A stretch of 63,308 bases of DNA, the filler included, from Choristocarpus tenellus KU-1152 (lineage: Eukaryota; Protista; Phaeophyceae), in assembly GCA_964200185.2 (NCBI GenBank). It is 12 parts of 12 records of this genome, joined end to end, with 100 filler letters (N's around TTAATTAATTAA, not from the genome) between each part and the next. Parts side by side here need not be neighbours in the genome. Positions count along the whole stretch, not along the records: positions 39,952 to 43,015 come from CAXNAD020022580.1; positions 43,116 to 47,014 come from CAXNAD020017268.1; positions 47,115 to 54,897 come from CAXNAD020005583.1; 9 more parts are not named here. One strand, written 5' to 3'. The translations under genes and the position numbers were made by a program. Of this stretch, positions 39,953 to 52,347 are shown in pieces. The first letter of the stretch is position 1. Each line of letters begins with the position of its first letter. A model generated the notes under the pieces. It was not told the DNA's origin, made no database searches, and was given only the letters and a program-made list of their open reading frames with translations.

Positions 39953-42900
39953 ATTCATAGAACCAGCTCTGTCCCTCCCCCCCGCCCATCCAAATCCTCC
40001 CCTCTTCCCCCCTCGGGCATCCTCCAAACCCCCACGAGCCCCTGAGAGCTCACCGCTAGACTTCTTCGACTGCAACCGACGATACCTCGACATCTCCCCC
40101 CGCTCCTCCAACTCATTGCCTCTGCCACCGCCATCAGTCTTTTCGTCAACGCCGTCCACCCCACGACCCCCTTCAGCTGCAGCGATACCTCTAACCCTAA
40201 CCCTAGAACCTTGAACCAACGACGACGTCAATGTCCCCGCAGCATCAGCAGCACCCACAGCATCCAATCCACCCTCACCATGTCCACGGCCAGCGTTCAA
40301 ATCTCCGACATTGAACATTGCAGAGTAATGGTTAGGCCTCCGTCCAGTCCTCAGGAGGTGTTGCTCAAGGCGGTTATCTTCGATCTCAAGGCGATTCTCC
40401 ACAACGCATGTGAAGCTCCCAAGACAAAGCTTCATCACAGGTAGGTGGAGACCTAGGACCTGATCAACCAGGAAGAACCGGAGACCAGACATCACCACGG
40501 CCAGCGTCAGGGTCACCGGAGGTGGTGATGTAGGCAGAGGAGGGGGGGGAGTCTTCACTGTCTCTGCGCCTTGGGGTGTAGGGTCGCTACTGTCTCTCGA
40601 TATGGACGCCTTTCTAGGACTGCCTTGCTCCAGATCCTTTTCCCCACCACTGACCAAGCTCATGCGCTGTTCCAGTTTGTTTGTTCCCACTCTCCTTTCA
40701 CCCTTTCCTCCATCAGATGACTTCAAGGATGAACCCTCCAGCAAGTCAGGCAGCATAGCATTCTGTGAACTCGCCGCAACACCTAGTGGTGAAGGTTGAG
40801 GCATCACCACTGGAGCGTCATCCTTGGTGCCACGGGCCCGGCGGTGACTCATGGCGCGACTCAAACGCCTGTGCAAGGCGCTGCTACGAGAGTTGCTACG
40901 AGAGCTGCTCTTATGGAGTAGGGTTAGGGGACTGGCGCCATCGGCACTGGAGTTACTCACAGACTTTCCAGAGGCATCACTGTCACTGTCACTGTCACTC
41001 TCTGAGTAGTCCTGAGGATAAATACATAGTGGGGTTTGGAAGAGTAAAATGGCAAGAATGTACCACAAAGGAGAAGGGGGGGGGGGGACTATCAAAATAA
41101 TCTAGACGATGGTTAAACATGCTAGTGGATATGTCAAGTTAACAATCCATGGGTATTGTTTGATATATTTTTGGCACAAAAACCTGGCGTAAAGTAAATA
41201 GGAGTATCGAGTGGGCAAGATAGGGCAGAGTACAGTGCCCTTTAGTCACATCTCAAAAAGTCCAAGCGTTCCATAACCGCCACGGCTTCCATAGAGTGAC
41301 TTGGTCTCCAGTAGTACAAGACCCATTTACCCCCCAAAACCAACACCAATACTCTGCCTCTCCCAGAGGTGGGATCTACCACCACCATAAAAAATAAAAT
41401 AAAAAAGCAATCCGCAAACCAAAGACCTTCAACGCCTGGGACCACTGCAGACAATTATCTAACTAAAACTGCAGTGCAGAACATGCGATAACATACTTCG
41501 TATGACCCACACTCCACACATGCACAAAACACACACATCGAGATAGTTGCCTCACGACATGCCAACAGTACACCGACCAACCTGTACTCCCATGCTGAAA
41601 CCAGTTAGGAACAGCTCATCATGCCTTCCAAACCCAGAGATCGGCCCTGAGGGCCTGAAGCCACCAAATGCACTTCCAAGGCGACTGCCTATCATTCTAG
41701 GCGAACCAGAACTTGCTCCAACAATATCGTTGACAGGGGAGAGTGTGACACCAAATCGACCCTTATCTCGACCTTCAATCAGTTGTGAACGACCTAGTCT
41801 TAAGGATGATCTCTTTGGCTGCAAAGTTGAGCCATGGCGAAGCGAGTGATAGGGCTGTGTGGCAACAAAGGGATATTAAGGTGGGGGGTGGGGTGGGAGG
41901 GGGGGGGGAGGGGTAGGGTGGAGTTGGAGTTGGATTGGGGGTTGGAGGGGGAGAAGNNNNNNNNNNTTGGTGGAAAAAGAAGAATATTGAGGGGGGGGGG
42001 GGTGGGGGGGGGGGGGGGGGGGAGGGTTAGGGTGGAGTTGGAGTTGGATTTGGAGTTGGAGGTGGAGAAGGAGGGTTGACAAAATTCAAAATTAACTTCA
42101 ACTTCAGTTACCTTTCCCTGACCCTAACCTTTACAACAAAAATGTTACCAAAATACAAGAGTGATATTGATATTGATATTGAATTGGGCACAAGAACGAT
42201 AAATGCTGACAGCAGGCCAGAGCTATGCACCACATTTCTCAATAAAGGTTTACGGAGGGCAATGTATTTGGTGTAAGGTGTAAGGTGTAATAAGTAACAA
42301 GTAACCTTATGAGAAGAACGGGACTTGCATAACTCGTTACACATCTGGTCAGACAACAAGTAGAGGCAAAAACATTTAAGAGGGGGCAATAGCTAATAGA
42401 GGGACCTATTATTCCCTGGTCATGTCACCTCAAGCACGTATATGTTATGAACAATAGAGAGGCCAACTAAACAAAAACACCAAAGTGCATGGAATTCATG
42501 GAGAGGTTGCAAAAAATCATTCTTTCAAAAAGATGTCTCCACCCAAAATTTACGCAAACCCAATTGAGTACCTCCCCTTGATGAGAGAGAGAGCCATTTT
42601 TCACAGACAAAAGAGGGTGGACTAGTCCCAGCATTAGCAGCAAATTGACACTGTTTCCCCTCTCTCAGCATACCCACCTGAACTGTGCTGCTGCCGTTCA
42701 TAGGGATGGGAGACCCACCAGGTCTCACAGGAGCTGAGCGTCTCACAAGACCACCACCATGACCAGCATCCGCCTCCCACACACCTGTCCACATCTCTCC
42801 ACCCCTTCCCTTTTCCTCTTCCGCAGTCACACCCCCTTCCCCCTTCCCACTGACCCCTGTTCCCCAGCCCTCTTTCACCAGAGACCCTACAACACTCGAC

Positions 42901-43001
42901 CCATCAGTCAAACCAAACCCATCGCCACCAACAGTACCCCTACCGTTGGTGCTCTCTCTACCTCCAACACTCCCTCCCCCTCCCCTTTGCTTCTCCTCCA
43001 C
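39953..43001 (-). CDS. Exons of a large protein, possibly VPS13/bridge-like lipid transfer family (partial)
   Basis: Long open exon from about 41011 down to 39953 containing LTLAVVMSGLRFFLVDQVLGLHLPVMKLCL, a beta-strand pattern typical of VPS13 RBG repeats, embedded in S/G-rich linkers. Further candidate exons at about 41556-41865 and 42678-43001. Confidence 0.45.
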
Positions 43002-43179
43002 CTGTCCCTTTGACCNNNNNNNNNNNNNNNNNNNNNNNNNNNNNNNNNNNNNNNNNNNNTTAATTAATTAANNNNNNNNNNNNNNNNNNNNNNNNNNNNN
43101 NNNNNNNNNNNNNNNCGGTAATGGTACTGGGTTTCCCAGAAACAAATAATCCAGTTCATTCAAATCTGGTGTGGGAGGT

Positions 43180-43623
43180 TGAGAGATCAATGACCTCAGT
43201 TACAACAGAATATATACATCGGTGCTTTGTAGCACAAATACACCTATCCATAACATAGACTACGCATATTGCTCATCGGTGTTATGCAACACCATGATTC
43301 AAAGTATCTTTGAGGGTAGAGCTGCGCCCGTTTGGGGGTCAAAATCCAATGTTGCGATTTTGATTTAATTTTGGCTATCGTATATGTTAGGAATGGTCGG
43401 TATCCTTCTTCTGTACACACCTTTTCATAACGTGTACATTTTACCTACTCCATAACTTTGGAGTAGGAAAATGTTGTAAGAAATCCAGAGGGAAGCCAAG
43501 CCCCAAACGGACAAACAGGGGGCAAATCCCTACCCTCTAAGATACTTTCACTCGTGATTCCTCATCGCTAGCAGTCTACGCATTTTGCTTCCATTTACGA
43601 TGCATTCGATTCAGGTTTCAACA
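43180..43623 (+). mobile_element. Copia-2 family LTR 3' part, interrupted by MITE-A
   Basis: Matches 52068-52244 and ends TTCAGGTTTCAACA. Confidence 0.85.
43296..43553 (-). mobile_element. MITE family A copy nested in an LTR
   Basis: Both TIRs present. Splits the LTR motif CACCATGATTCCTC. Confidence 0.9.
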
Positions 43624-44032
43624 TTTCACAAAATTCGGTAGATCACCAACAAATGCATTATCCTAAAATGTTACTTCAACATCTCTAGATTCCAATGTCC
43701 TCATCCATCACTAATCTACTGTACTACACACCTTATCTTGCTATGTACATAGTTTACTTCATGTATACTAATGACAACATTTAGTGTGCGTACAGTACCT
43801 CAAAGCATCTCCTTGTGCGAACACCCTGTTCACTCCTTCCCTGAGTGACCCTTGAGAGGAATTGCGCACCCTACTGCCTTGTCTCTCTCCATTTCCTTCC
43901 TCCTGTTGGTCTTCCCGCTCCCCTTCAGTCTGAAGAACCTGTCTGCCTGTTCCCATTTGATTCATACATAACAAGAAATTGGTGAATAGGTGTAAGGACC
44001 GGGTTCCAATCAAAATTTCTTATGTACTCTAA

Positions 44033-45830
44033 GCCCATTTCAATTACGCACGTTTTCAAACTCGTTTGGTTTTGCTTTATGATATTTTTGGGCATTTCCA
44101 AACGGAAAATCGTGACAAGTGGGAATTATACGGCACTTTTTAGACATTTCTGAACGATGCAAATTTGAGTGAGGGTGGATCAGACGATTCGTGATCAATT
44201 CTTAAGGCAAATGTGAACGGAGTTCTTGGTGTTTCGATTTGCCCTCTGTTGTTTGTAGCAATGTACTTGGGGCTACAGAGTTATTACACGTATTGCATAT
44301 GTGGTTCAAGATGGACAATGTGGATCAAGAGAGCAAGAGAGACCAAATGCCATCGTCCTCCGGTTCATCATCCTCGAGTTCATTGTCTTCTAGTTCGTCG
44401 TCTTCTAGTCCATTATCTTTCAATGAATCTACCTTTAGGTTGGAGGCGAGATCTAGACAGATGATATAAACGCAACTGGGATAATTGCTCATCTATACGC
44501 TTTGATGGTCGAGGAGGATGAGGAGGAAGAAAGTCCAATATTTCGAAGGTTTCCCATCCCCCACAATCGGCCTGTTTATATGGCGAGCTTGTTGGGGTTT
44601 ATGCTGGGGAGAGAGGAAGCTCTGAGAAGAGACGTCACTTCGCGGGAGGCACCGAAGTTCAGGAGGCGGCTCCGAGTCCCATTTGGTTGCTTTAACATTT
44701 GGTGAAGGAGGTAGAAAGGCAGGGGTGGCTTGGTTGTCGGACCGCAGATGCCACCAGACGCCCTGGCATACCCATGAAGCTCAAGGTGAGCATACCCGCC
44801 AATATAGTTTTTGTGTGAAAGTCCTACCTCAATAGGGCTTGTAGATTCAACCGCCCTTTGGTCTGACAGTATATTTACTGGGTGTGACTTTCCGCCTGCA
44901 GGTGCTATCGATTCTCCAAATCCTCGCGAGGGGAAACTGCTTTGATCATATCGAGCAACTTTCTGGTATATCTGAGAGCACAGCACAAGCCACATTTCAC
45001 CATTTCTGTGAGTGCTTTGCGAGTGATATGTGCTCGAGTTGGATTTATCTACCAGAGGTCGAAGATTTGGGGGAGACCGTGCGCACGTATGGAGCTGTAT
45101 GGGATTTCCTGGTGCTGAGGGTTCCACTGATGTGATACTTGTACGGTGGGAGAGGGCACCTATTAGTGATGCCCCGTATTACATCGGTAAGGAGGGATAC
45201 GCGACAGTCGCCATTGATGTGACCGTTGGCCATGCTGGATTTGCATGGGGAGTGACTGCTGGGTTTCCTGGAGCCAAAAACGATAAGGCAATCATTTGGT
45301 ATGTTGATATAAAAAACTTAGGAATGGCCCCACATACAGGCAGCTGGAGTATAACGCCAAGGACTCTGTCTTGAACTGTTACACCGAGAAAGGGGCCTAT
45401 GTCCTTTTCGATGGGGGCTATCACAAGGTGATGGGAAAAACGTGACTGTAGGGCCATGCCTATGATAGGGTTAGCTCCTGTGAAAATGAGTGCTCATCAA
45501 ACTAGCAAGTCAACATTCCTTTGCCCAACCCGATCTTTGCATTTGCAGTGGAGGTGCACAATATGTTAGAGCACTAGTAAAGCCCTGTGTCTACCGAGCA
45601 GGCAGTCAGCACAATTGTTCTAACAATATATGCCCCCTGAAGGCATCTGTCACACAGGCACAGGCAAGGTGGAGCGAACGAGTGGAGAGTGCACGTAAGG
45701 ATCGAGTGCTTTTTTGGCAGAGTCAAGGGCTGCTTTAGAATCCTCAAGCTGCAACTACTATATTCGCACCGGAAGAAGATAGATAACATCATTTTCGCTT
45801 GCTGCATATCGCAAAACATTATACCGTTTC
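44033..45830 (+). pseudogene. Degenerate PIF/Harbinger DDE transposase
   Basis: FRRRLRVP; LQILARGNCFD...ISESTA...F; GFPGAEGSTD; IGKEG; GFPGAKND; DGGYHK; SERVESARKD/IECFFGRVKGCFRIL. Frameshifted, with probable introns. Possible TAA + GCCCATTTC terminus at 44030. Confidence 0.85.
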
Positions 45831-45962
45831 CTACAGAACTCTGCCTCAACAGTATCACCACTCTTCTGAAAGGTCCTCCAAGCCTGCTTAGCAATCTTCG
45901 GCATTCCGTCAAAATTGCATCTATCTTCCCTAGCACTAGCCATTTCTGCCATTTCTGCCACT

Positions 45963-46221
45963 GAGTCAAAGTATCTTAGAGGGTAGGGCCGCGTCCATTT
46001 GGGGGACAAAATCCAATGTTGCAATTTTGATGTAATTTTGGCCATCATGTTTGTTAGGAGACGTCAATATCCTTGTTCAGGACACACATCTTCATAACGT
46101 ATACATTTTACCTACTCCAAAATGTTTTGGAGTAGGGATATTTCATAAACAAACCCATGGAAAGCCAAGCCCCAAACGGACAAACAGGGAAACACTTGTA
46201 CCCTCTGAGATACTTTCACTC
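45963..46221 (-). mobile_element. MITE family A copy
   Basis: Full TIRs, flanks CACT/CGCT (one mismatch). Confidence 0.92.
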
Positions 46222-46948
46222 CGCTATGTCTACATGTCTCCTCAAGTCTCTAGCTGTATCATCCAATGTGGATACGAGGGTTTTTCTTGAAGGGGGGGGA
46301 TTAGGGAAAACCTGGGGCAAAGGTCTCCTCCCTGATCCAGGAGAGGATAGCTCGTCGCTGGGCCTTTCTGGGGTGGCGCTGACAGGACTGGAAGTGAGGC
46401 CTCCTGACTCAAACCCCTCCAATTTAGCCTCAGCGGCCGCTGGTGTTTCGCCTTAGTCCTCCCCTCCTCCAACAAGGTCGATGGTACTCCCAGTGATCCT
46501 CGATTTCTCCTGTTCCTACCACAACCAGACGCACAGGTTCTGCAGGCAGTCCGTCTCCTCCTCCCCAGACCACAACTTTCCTTCGGGAACAATACTGGGA
46601 AGCAAGAAAAGTGTTGGACGTGTGTATGTTAAGATGCTCCCCATTGTGCGTTGTGGTTATGGACTTCAGGTGTGTAACCTACGAAAGTGAATTGCAATAC
46701 AGCAGGAGCTTAAGCAGTATCTGCCGTCATACTCACATAAAGCAGAGGGGGATGTACAGGGTCGTGGGGGTCAAGTCTGGGACTTCCTCTCCTAACCACT
46801 TCAAGAATCCAGGGACTGCCACATCCATGTATGCTTGCGTTGCCAACGCAATTCTCGCACTCCGTGAAACTGTGCTTCCGTATTTCATCACGCACCTTGC
46901 CGCATAGGCGATGGGAACGGTTTGGTACGACTTCAAATGAGTAGCAAT

Positions 46949-47014
46949 GACCCAAAGTATCTGGGGGGGGGGGGGAGGTCTACACCAGGGTATCCATTTG
47001 GGCCATAACCAGGA
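46949..47014 (+). mobile_element. Family C TIR end + poly-G
   Basis: GACCCAAAGTATCT-G-run-GTCTACACCAGGGTATCCATTTGGGCC. Confidence 0.7.
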
Positions 47015-47114
47015 NNNNNNNNNNNNNNNNNNNNNNNNNNNNNNNNNNNNNNNNNNNNTTAATTAATTAANNNNNNNNNNNNNNNNNNNNNNNNNNNNNN
47101 NNNNNNNNNNNNNN

Positions 47115-50100
47115 CTTATCTTCTTGTTCTTCAGAATACAAATACCGTCTCTTTATTCTTAAATTGTATCTTCTACAGAATCTTCTTTTACATATGAATA
47201 AAAAGCATATTCTTAACAGGTCCCTGGGTGCATTCCCGTAAAAACTGAAATCACCATAGATCAATCCTCTACTGCTTGTCCTCAACAAATACCCAATAAC
47301 TCTCTCAGCACCCTTCCAATCTGTCACCGTGGGGTTTACACATTTCATTGCTAGGCTCCTTACTGCAAATGATACGTCGGGTCTGGTCATAATGGATGCC
47401 CATATCAAGCTCCCTACCATTGCACGATAACCGTCTCTCACTGGGCCCTCCTCAACAAACTCTTTGGTTGCAACAGCAGGAAGATCATAGCCAGTTGTGA
47501 TCCCATATTTTGCCGCCAAGTTTTCAACATATACCTGGTCTATGGAAACAGTCCCTAGTCTACAATCCCTGTTTATGCGGCATCCCATAAATTGCCCCTT
47601 CTCCCCAAGGTACTCCATTGGGAATTTCTTGTTCAGTCCCTGAACTATACTCAAAGCATGTTTAGACCCCTTGCTTGTCATAAGCATGTCATCTACATGA
47701 ATAAGCATGATCAACACCAGTTCCCCATCCAATATCCATCTAAATACATAAAGATCAGCCTCACATTGCTCCAGTCCTAGCTCCAATAATGACGTCACAA
47801 GCAAAGCATTCCAATTCCGTGATGCTTGTACAATCCCATACAGTGATTTCTGTAGCTTCCTAACTGCCCCATCAAATTCAGCCACCACCCCTTCTGGCAG
47901 CTCCACATATTAGTCTTCCTCCAAGTCTGCATTAGTGAAAGCCTTCACTGCATCTTCCATATTCAGGTCCCATCCCAACCGTGCTGTCAAAGCCAGAATC
48001 ATCCGCAGGCTTGACATTTGTGCTGTTGGTGCGATTTTTTTATGCCAGTCAATTCCAGGCTGTTGTCTGAATCCTTGTACTACTAGTCTTGTCATTCATC
48101 TCTCCACCAAGCCCACTGCATTCACCTTCCTCGAAAAAATAAATTTCATTTTTAAGACATTTGCTGTAGTTGGTCTTGGAACCTGGACCCATATGCCTTG
48201 ATCAATTAATCCGTCAATCTCTGCATAGATAGCCTCAAGCCACTCCTTAGACTCTCGAGACTCAAGTGCTTCCTTCACAGTGAGAGGTACTGGAGGCAAA
48301 TCACTCGCTGGAGTATCCCCTGGCCAACCCAGTCCCAACTCATCACCAATCATATCCTCCACCTTATGTCTGACCACAAAGGCTGTTCATCTAGTGGTTC
48401 TCTTCCGTGCCAGGGGAGGTTGTGATGGCCCCATATTATACTCCTGGATCCGAGACAGCATCCTGGGTTCAGAGGGTTGCGACTGCCCTCCTGACCCAAG
48501 CCTCCCACTCCCCTGCTGTGGAGGTGATGCATCCCTGTCCTCATTGGTTTGTTCAGAAATCCTCGTCCCAGACTCCAATTGTGTTTCTTCTGCATTCCCT
48601 GACCCCATGTGTTCCCCCACATTAATGTCTTCAACCATACCCTCCAAAAAAATTACAGTCTCATCATCACTTGAATCCCCAGGTGTTATTTCCCCACTCG
48701 TGATCACTGGAATAAATTCTTCTCCCCTCCACAGTGGTAATCCTGAGGATTGATGTCGGGTGTTATCATGCAGGTTACTATCCCACATGGACTCCCCACT
48801 AATGTCCCTGCGCATCACGAGTCGCCCTGTACATGCCAGTAGAATCCGGTAAGTGTGGGAAGGGCATTTGTTAAGTGGTGCAACACCCATCATAAAACAG
48901 AGTTCAGCACGTGGTGAAGACTTTGTGGGTTAATTGTCTATGCGACCATATCCACGGCTACCCCAAATTGGAAATTGGGTCACATCTGCAGGAAGTCCGT
49001 GCCATAGTTCCCGTGGAGTTACCCCGTCAGTGTTTGCAGATCTAGGTGCCATGTTGGTAAGATCATTTCCGTGTGACATCGCCTCTGCCCACAAGGTCCC
49101 ATCTTTCTCCAATCTCGCACCATACCGCAGTACAAGTGACTTTTCCCAAACCACTACAATTGTTCTTTCAACCACTCCATTGTACTGAGGTGTACCAGGT
49201 ACAGTGTGCTCGTGTCGAATGCCGTACTTCTCCATCATCGACTCAAAAGCAGCCCCAGTAAATTCCGTCTCACAGTCCGTCCACACAGCTTTGATCTCTA
49301 TCGCAGCAGGCTTCGCCATGTCGATCAGGAATCTCTCAAATGCAGACGATGTTGTTTAATCACTTTTGGTCCTTAAGTAGTACCCGAAACTCATTCAAGT
49401 GTAGTCATCCACCACGAACATTGCATAGTAGTACCCCTTCCCCTTACTAGGATGTTCTTTTGGTCCCGTTAAGTCCACAAACACGCGTCCCCCCTTCTCC
49501 GAGGCGCGATTCTCAGTCTCCTTTTGTATTGGATGCTGATGTCCTTTTCGAATGAGCAACCTCGATAAAATGGTCCCCAAGTCCCAGTTATTAAGATATT
49601 CTGACTAGCAGCGTATTTCCGAACCATCCCCGGGTGAACATGGCCTAGTCGTCGTACATGAAGCTCATTGATGTCCATTGATGCATTTCTCCGGGTTAGG
49701 TGAATTCTTGGTTTGCCAGACGTTGCATCAGAGGTAGGGACATTAGTAGAATCAGAGCTGTTCCTCACACCCATTCTACGCATCCCCAGGGAGAATAATT
49801 CCTCCTCCCCCAATGACGTGAAAGTGAGATTTCTTTCCCCATTGCCCTTAAAGGTAGATATTCTAGTGGAGTCAACAGATTGAACTGTGTCCATCTCGCA
49901 TACAAGCCTTGGCAGAATACAAGTTCAAACCAAGATCAGACACCACAAGAACGTTTGTAAACACCACAGTTTCCAGTTTACCACTCAGAACACATTCCAA
50001 TTGGATGTTCCCCTTGCCCACAATGTGAAGTGTTCCACCACCGCCAACTTCAACTGTACCAGCACAAGATTCCCAATTGAACATGTTTTTATTGGTCGTC

Positions 50101-51341
50101 GTAAAATTATGTGTGGCTCCACGGTCCCAAATCCAAACCTCAACCCATGATGGCCTCTTGAAAGGAAGTGATTTTACCTTACTAGCAAGACAACTCATTT
50201 GATTGGTTACTGAAAACCCCGCCAGTCTCTGTTGTCCATCGCCAGATCCATCCAACTTTGGTCCGCTTCCGTTGTTCTTAGAACCATTCCCCCCCATCCG
50301 ATTTTTCTTCTTCTCGATGTTCGATGATTCCTGACCCCTTGACGCTCCCACTTTTCTTTGTGTGCATTTGAAGCTTTGATGTCCCTTTTCCCCGCATACA
50401 AAACATTTAATCCCCCCATCCCTCGCCTTCTGACTCTAGATGAGAGGACACTTAGACCGAAAGTGAGGTCCACCACATTCCCAGCCGCTGGGTTGTCCAC
50501 CATTTCGTCTGGATTGTCGTCCAGCCACCAGTGCACCAGCTCTCACCCCATCCAAGTCCAATCCTCTTTGAATGGATCGTAGCCCATATCGTTTCAAGAC
50601 TAACCTTTCCAATTTGCTCTTTCCTTCCACCAATTCTTCGTCATCAATCTGTGACATGATGTCCAGATATACCTCGCCGAGTGAATTTTGAAGCCACCCC
50701 ACTATATCTTCCTCCGAGACGGTACCTACCAAGCTCTTCAACTCCATAATGAGAGCCTCCTGCCGGTTAATAATGGTCGCAGGATCTTCTCCAGGTTCTA
50801 GTACCATGTTCATCAGTTGCCTATTTACCAGATTTCTCTCAGTCTGGCCTGGATGGGCATAGTTCTTCACCAGTGCGGCGAACGCCTCACTCGGTGACTC
50901 GTACGTCAGCACGATGTCCAACGCTTGTCCTTCCGTTGCCTCCTGTAGTCTGTTGATAGCAAGCGTCGTCGCATGGTGTAGATACGGATCCACCCCCGCC
51001 GGCGAATACTCCAACGACAGTACCCTTAAATGCTCCTTTGTAACTATAGGCTCCCTCCATCCCGATGAGAGAGCGTGCGTAAGGAACGTTTTACTCCACT
51101 TCCTCCAGGTCCCTGGTTCCCCCTTAAACGCAGGTTGTTTTGAGGAATATTGCTTCAGTTTGGGGGTAAACACGAGTCTAGCCCCCATGGCCACCGTATC
51201 TCTAGCCCCAGCCCTAGTCTCGCCCCCTTGCGAAGCTGATGTCCCATGAAGTATCTCACCCCCCTCCCGGGTCATAGTCAGTTCATCCATTCCCTCATTA
51301 ATGGAGTTAAGACTTGAGTCGATTCTTGATCTTGGCATCAT
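47115..51341 (-). mobile_element. Ty1/copia LTR retrotransposon 1, degenerate gag-pol
   Basis: Domain order gag (PAFKGE..W, zinc knuckles WECGGPHFRSKC and CFVCGEKGH), protease (WIWDRGATH), HxRLGH, integrase (PQYNGVVER), RT (LQKSLYG..QASRNW, IHVDDML, TRPDVSFAV). Stops and frameshifts present. 3' end cut by the linker. Confidence 0.95.
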
Positions 51342-51423
51342 GGTTTATCTTGACTCCTTCCTGGTGATAGCTAAAATCCAAATATAATAACTACGCAAGC
51401 ACGCTTAATAGGGTGCTATAGCA

Positions 51424-51546
51424 TGTTAAGCTGTCCTTGACGATCTGTTGTCCCACACAACTAGTTATATTAGTGTTTATTGACTTTTACCACAGTTGAG
51501 AAGAGAGTGAGATACCTGCACTAGGTGGGGCTCAGCAATCCTAACA
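51424..51546 (-). mobile_element. Candidate short 5' LTR of copia 1
   Basis: 123 bp with TGTTA...TAACA inverted termini and AATAAA on the minus strand, about 80 nt upstream of gag. The PBS is not clearly recognisable. Confidence 0.4.
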
Positions 51547-52244
51547 TTGAATTACTCAGAATACCAAATGACTCAACGCTTCTCTCTTACCCGTCAGAAA
51601 CACTCCGACTCTAATAGTCCATCGATTACTTCCGATCAAATGCCCCGACTAAATATCCCGAATGTCCCGCATTATCTTCTCTGCGTACATAAAATAATAC
51701 TTCAAATCATATTCTCATAAATAGTCAAGCATAATCTTGACAAAGTGCGTTCCACTGTTACCTTGTTTCCTCTTTCTATTTTGTTGTTGTTGCCATCTCT
51801 GTTCTTCCTTTTTATATTCATAAGACCCCAGATGCACGGTAATTGTTGTTTATGATGTTATTGATTGTCATTGTCCCCTCACTGAGCACATCAAGCTCAC
51901 TCTGCAATAGTACCCCTGATGCACACTTGGATGCAATACACCCAGAGTTAAAACCTTCTACTGAAACCCTTGCCGGCCAAGGTAACAAGCCTCTTCACAG
52001 AGCATGTACTTCTTTCATTAAGTATGCCATGAAATAACACTGTATTCACATCACGTCATTCTTAACTGAGAGATCAATGACTTCAGTTGCAACAGAACAA
52101 ATACATCAGTGCTTTACTTCGCAATCACATCTACCCATACCACAGACTACGCTCCCTACTCATCGATGCTTTACAACACCATAATTCCTCTTCCTTCGTA
52201 GTCTATGTATTACATATACAATGCATTCGATTCAGGTTTCAACA
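51547..52244 (+). mobile_element. 5' LTR of copia 2
   Basis: Ends TTTCAACA immediately before the PBS. Homologous to the solo LTR at 55974-56947. The 5' boundary is approximate. Confidence 0.8.
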
Positions 52245-52255
52245 GGTTATGAGCC
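52245..52255 (+). promoter_or_regulatory. Primer-binding site for the tRNA-iMet anticodon half (GGTTATGAGCC)
   Basis: Directly after the LTR CA. Complementary to GGCUCAUAACC of the initiator tRNA anticodon arm (Ty5/copia-type priming). Confidence 0.85.
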
Positions 52256-52347
52256 TCAATACATACTACACCCAATCCTCCCGACCCTCCCTTGTCCTGT
52301 CCCCATTTTTTCCCTCTCACCCAACTAGATTCCTTCACGCTATCATC

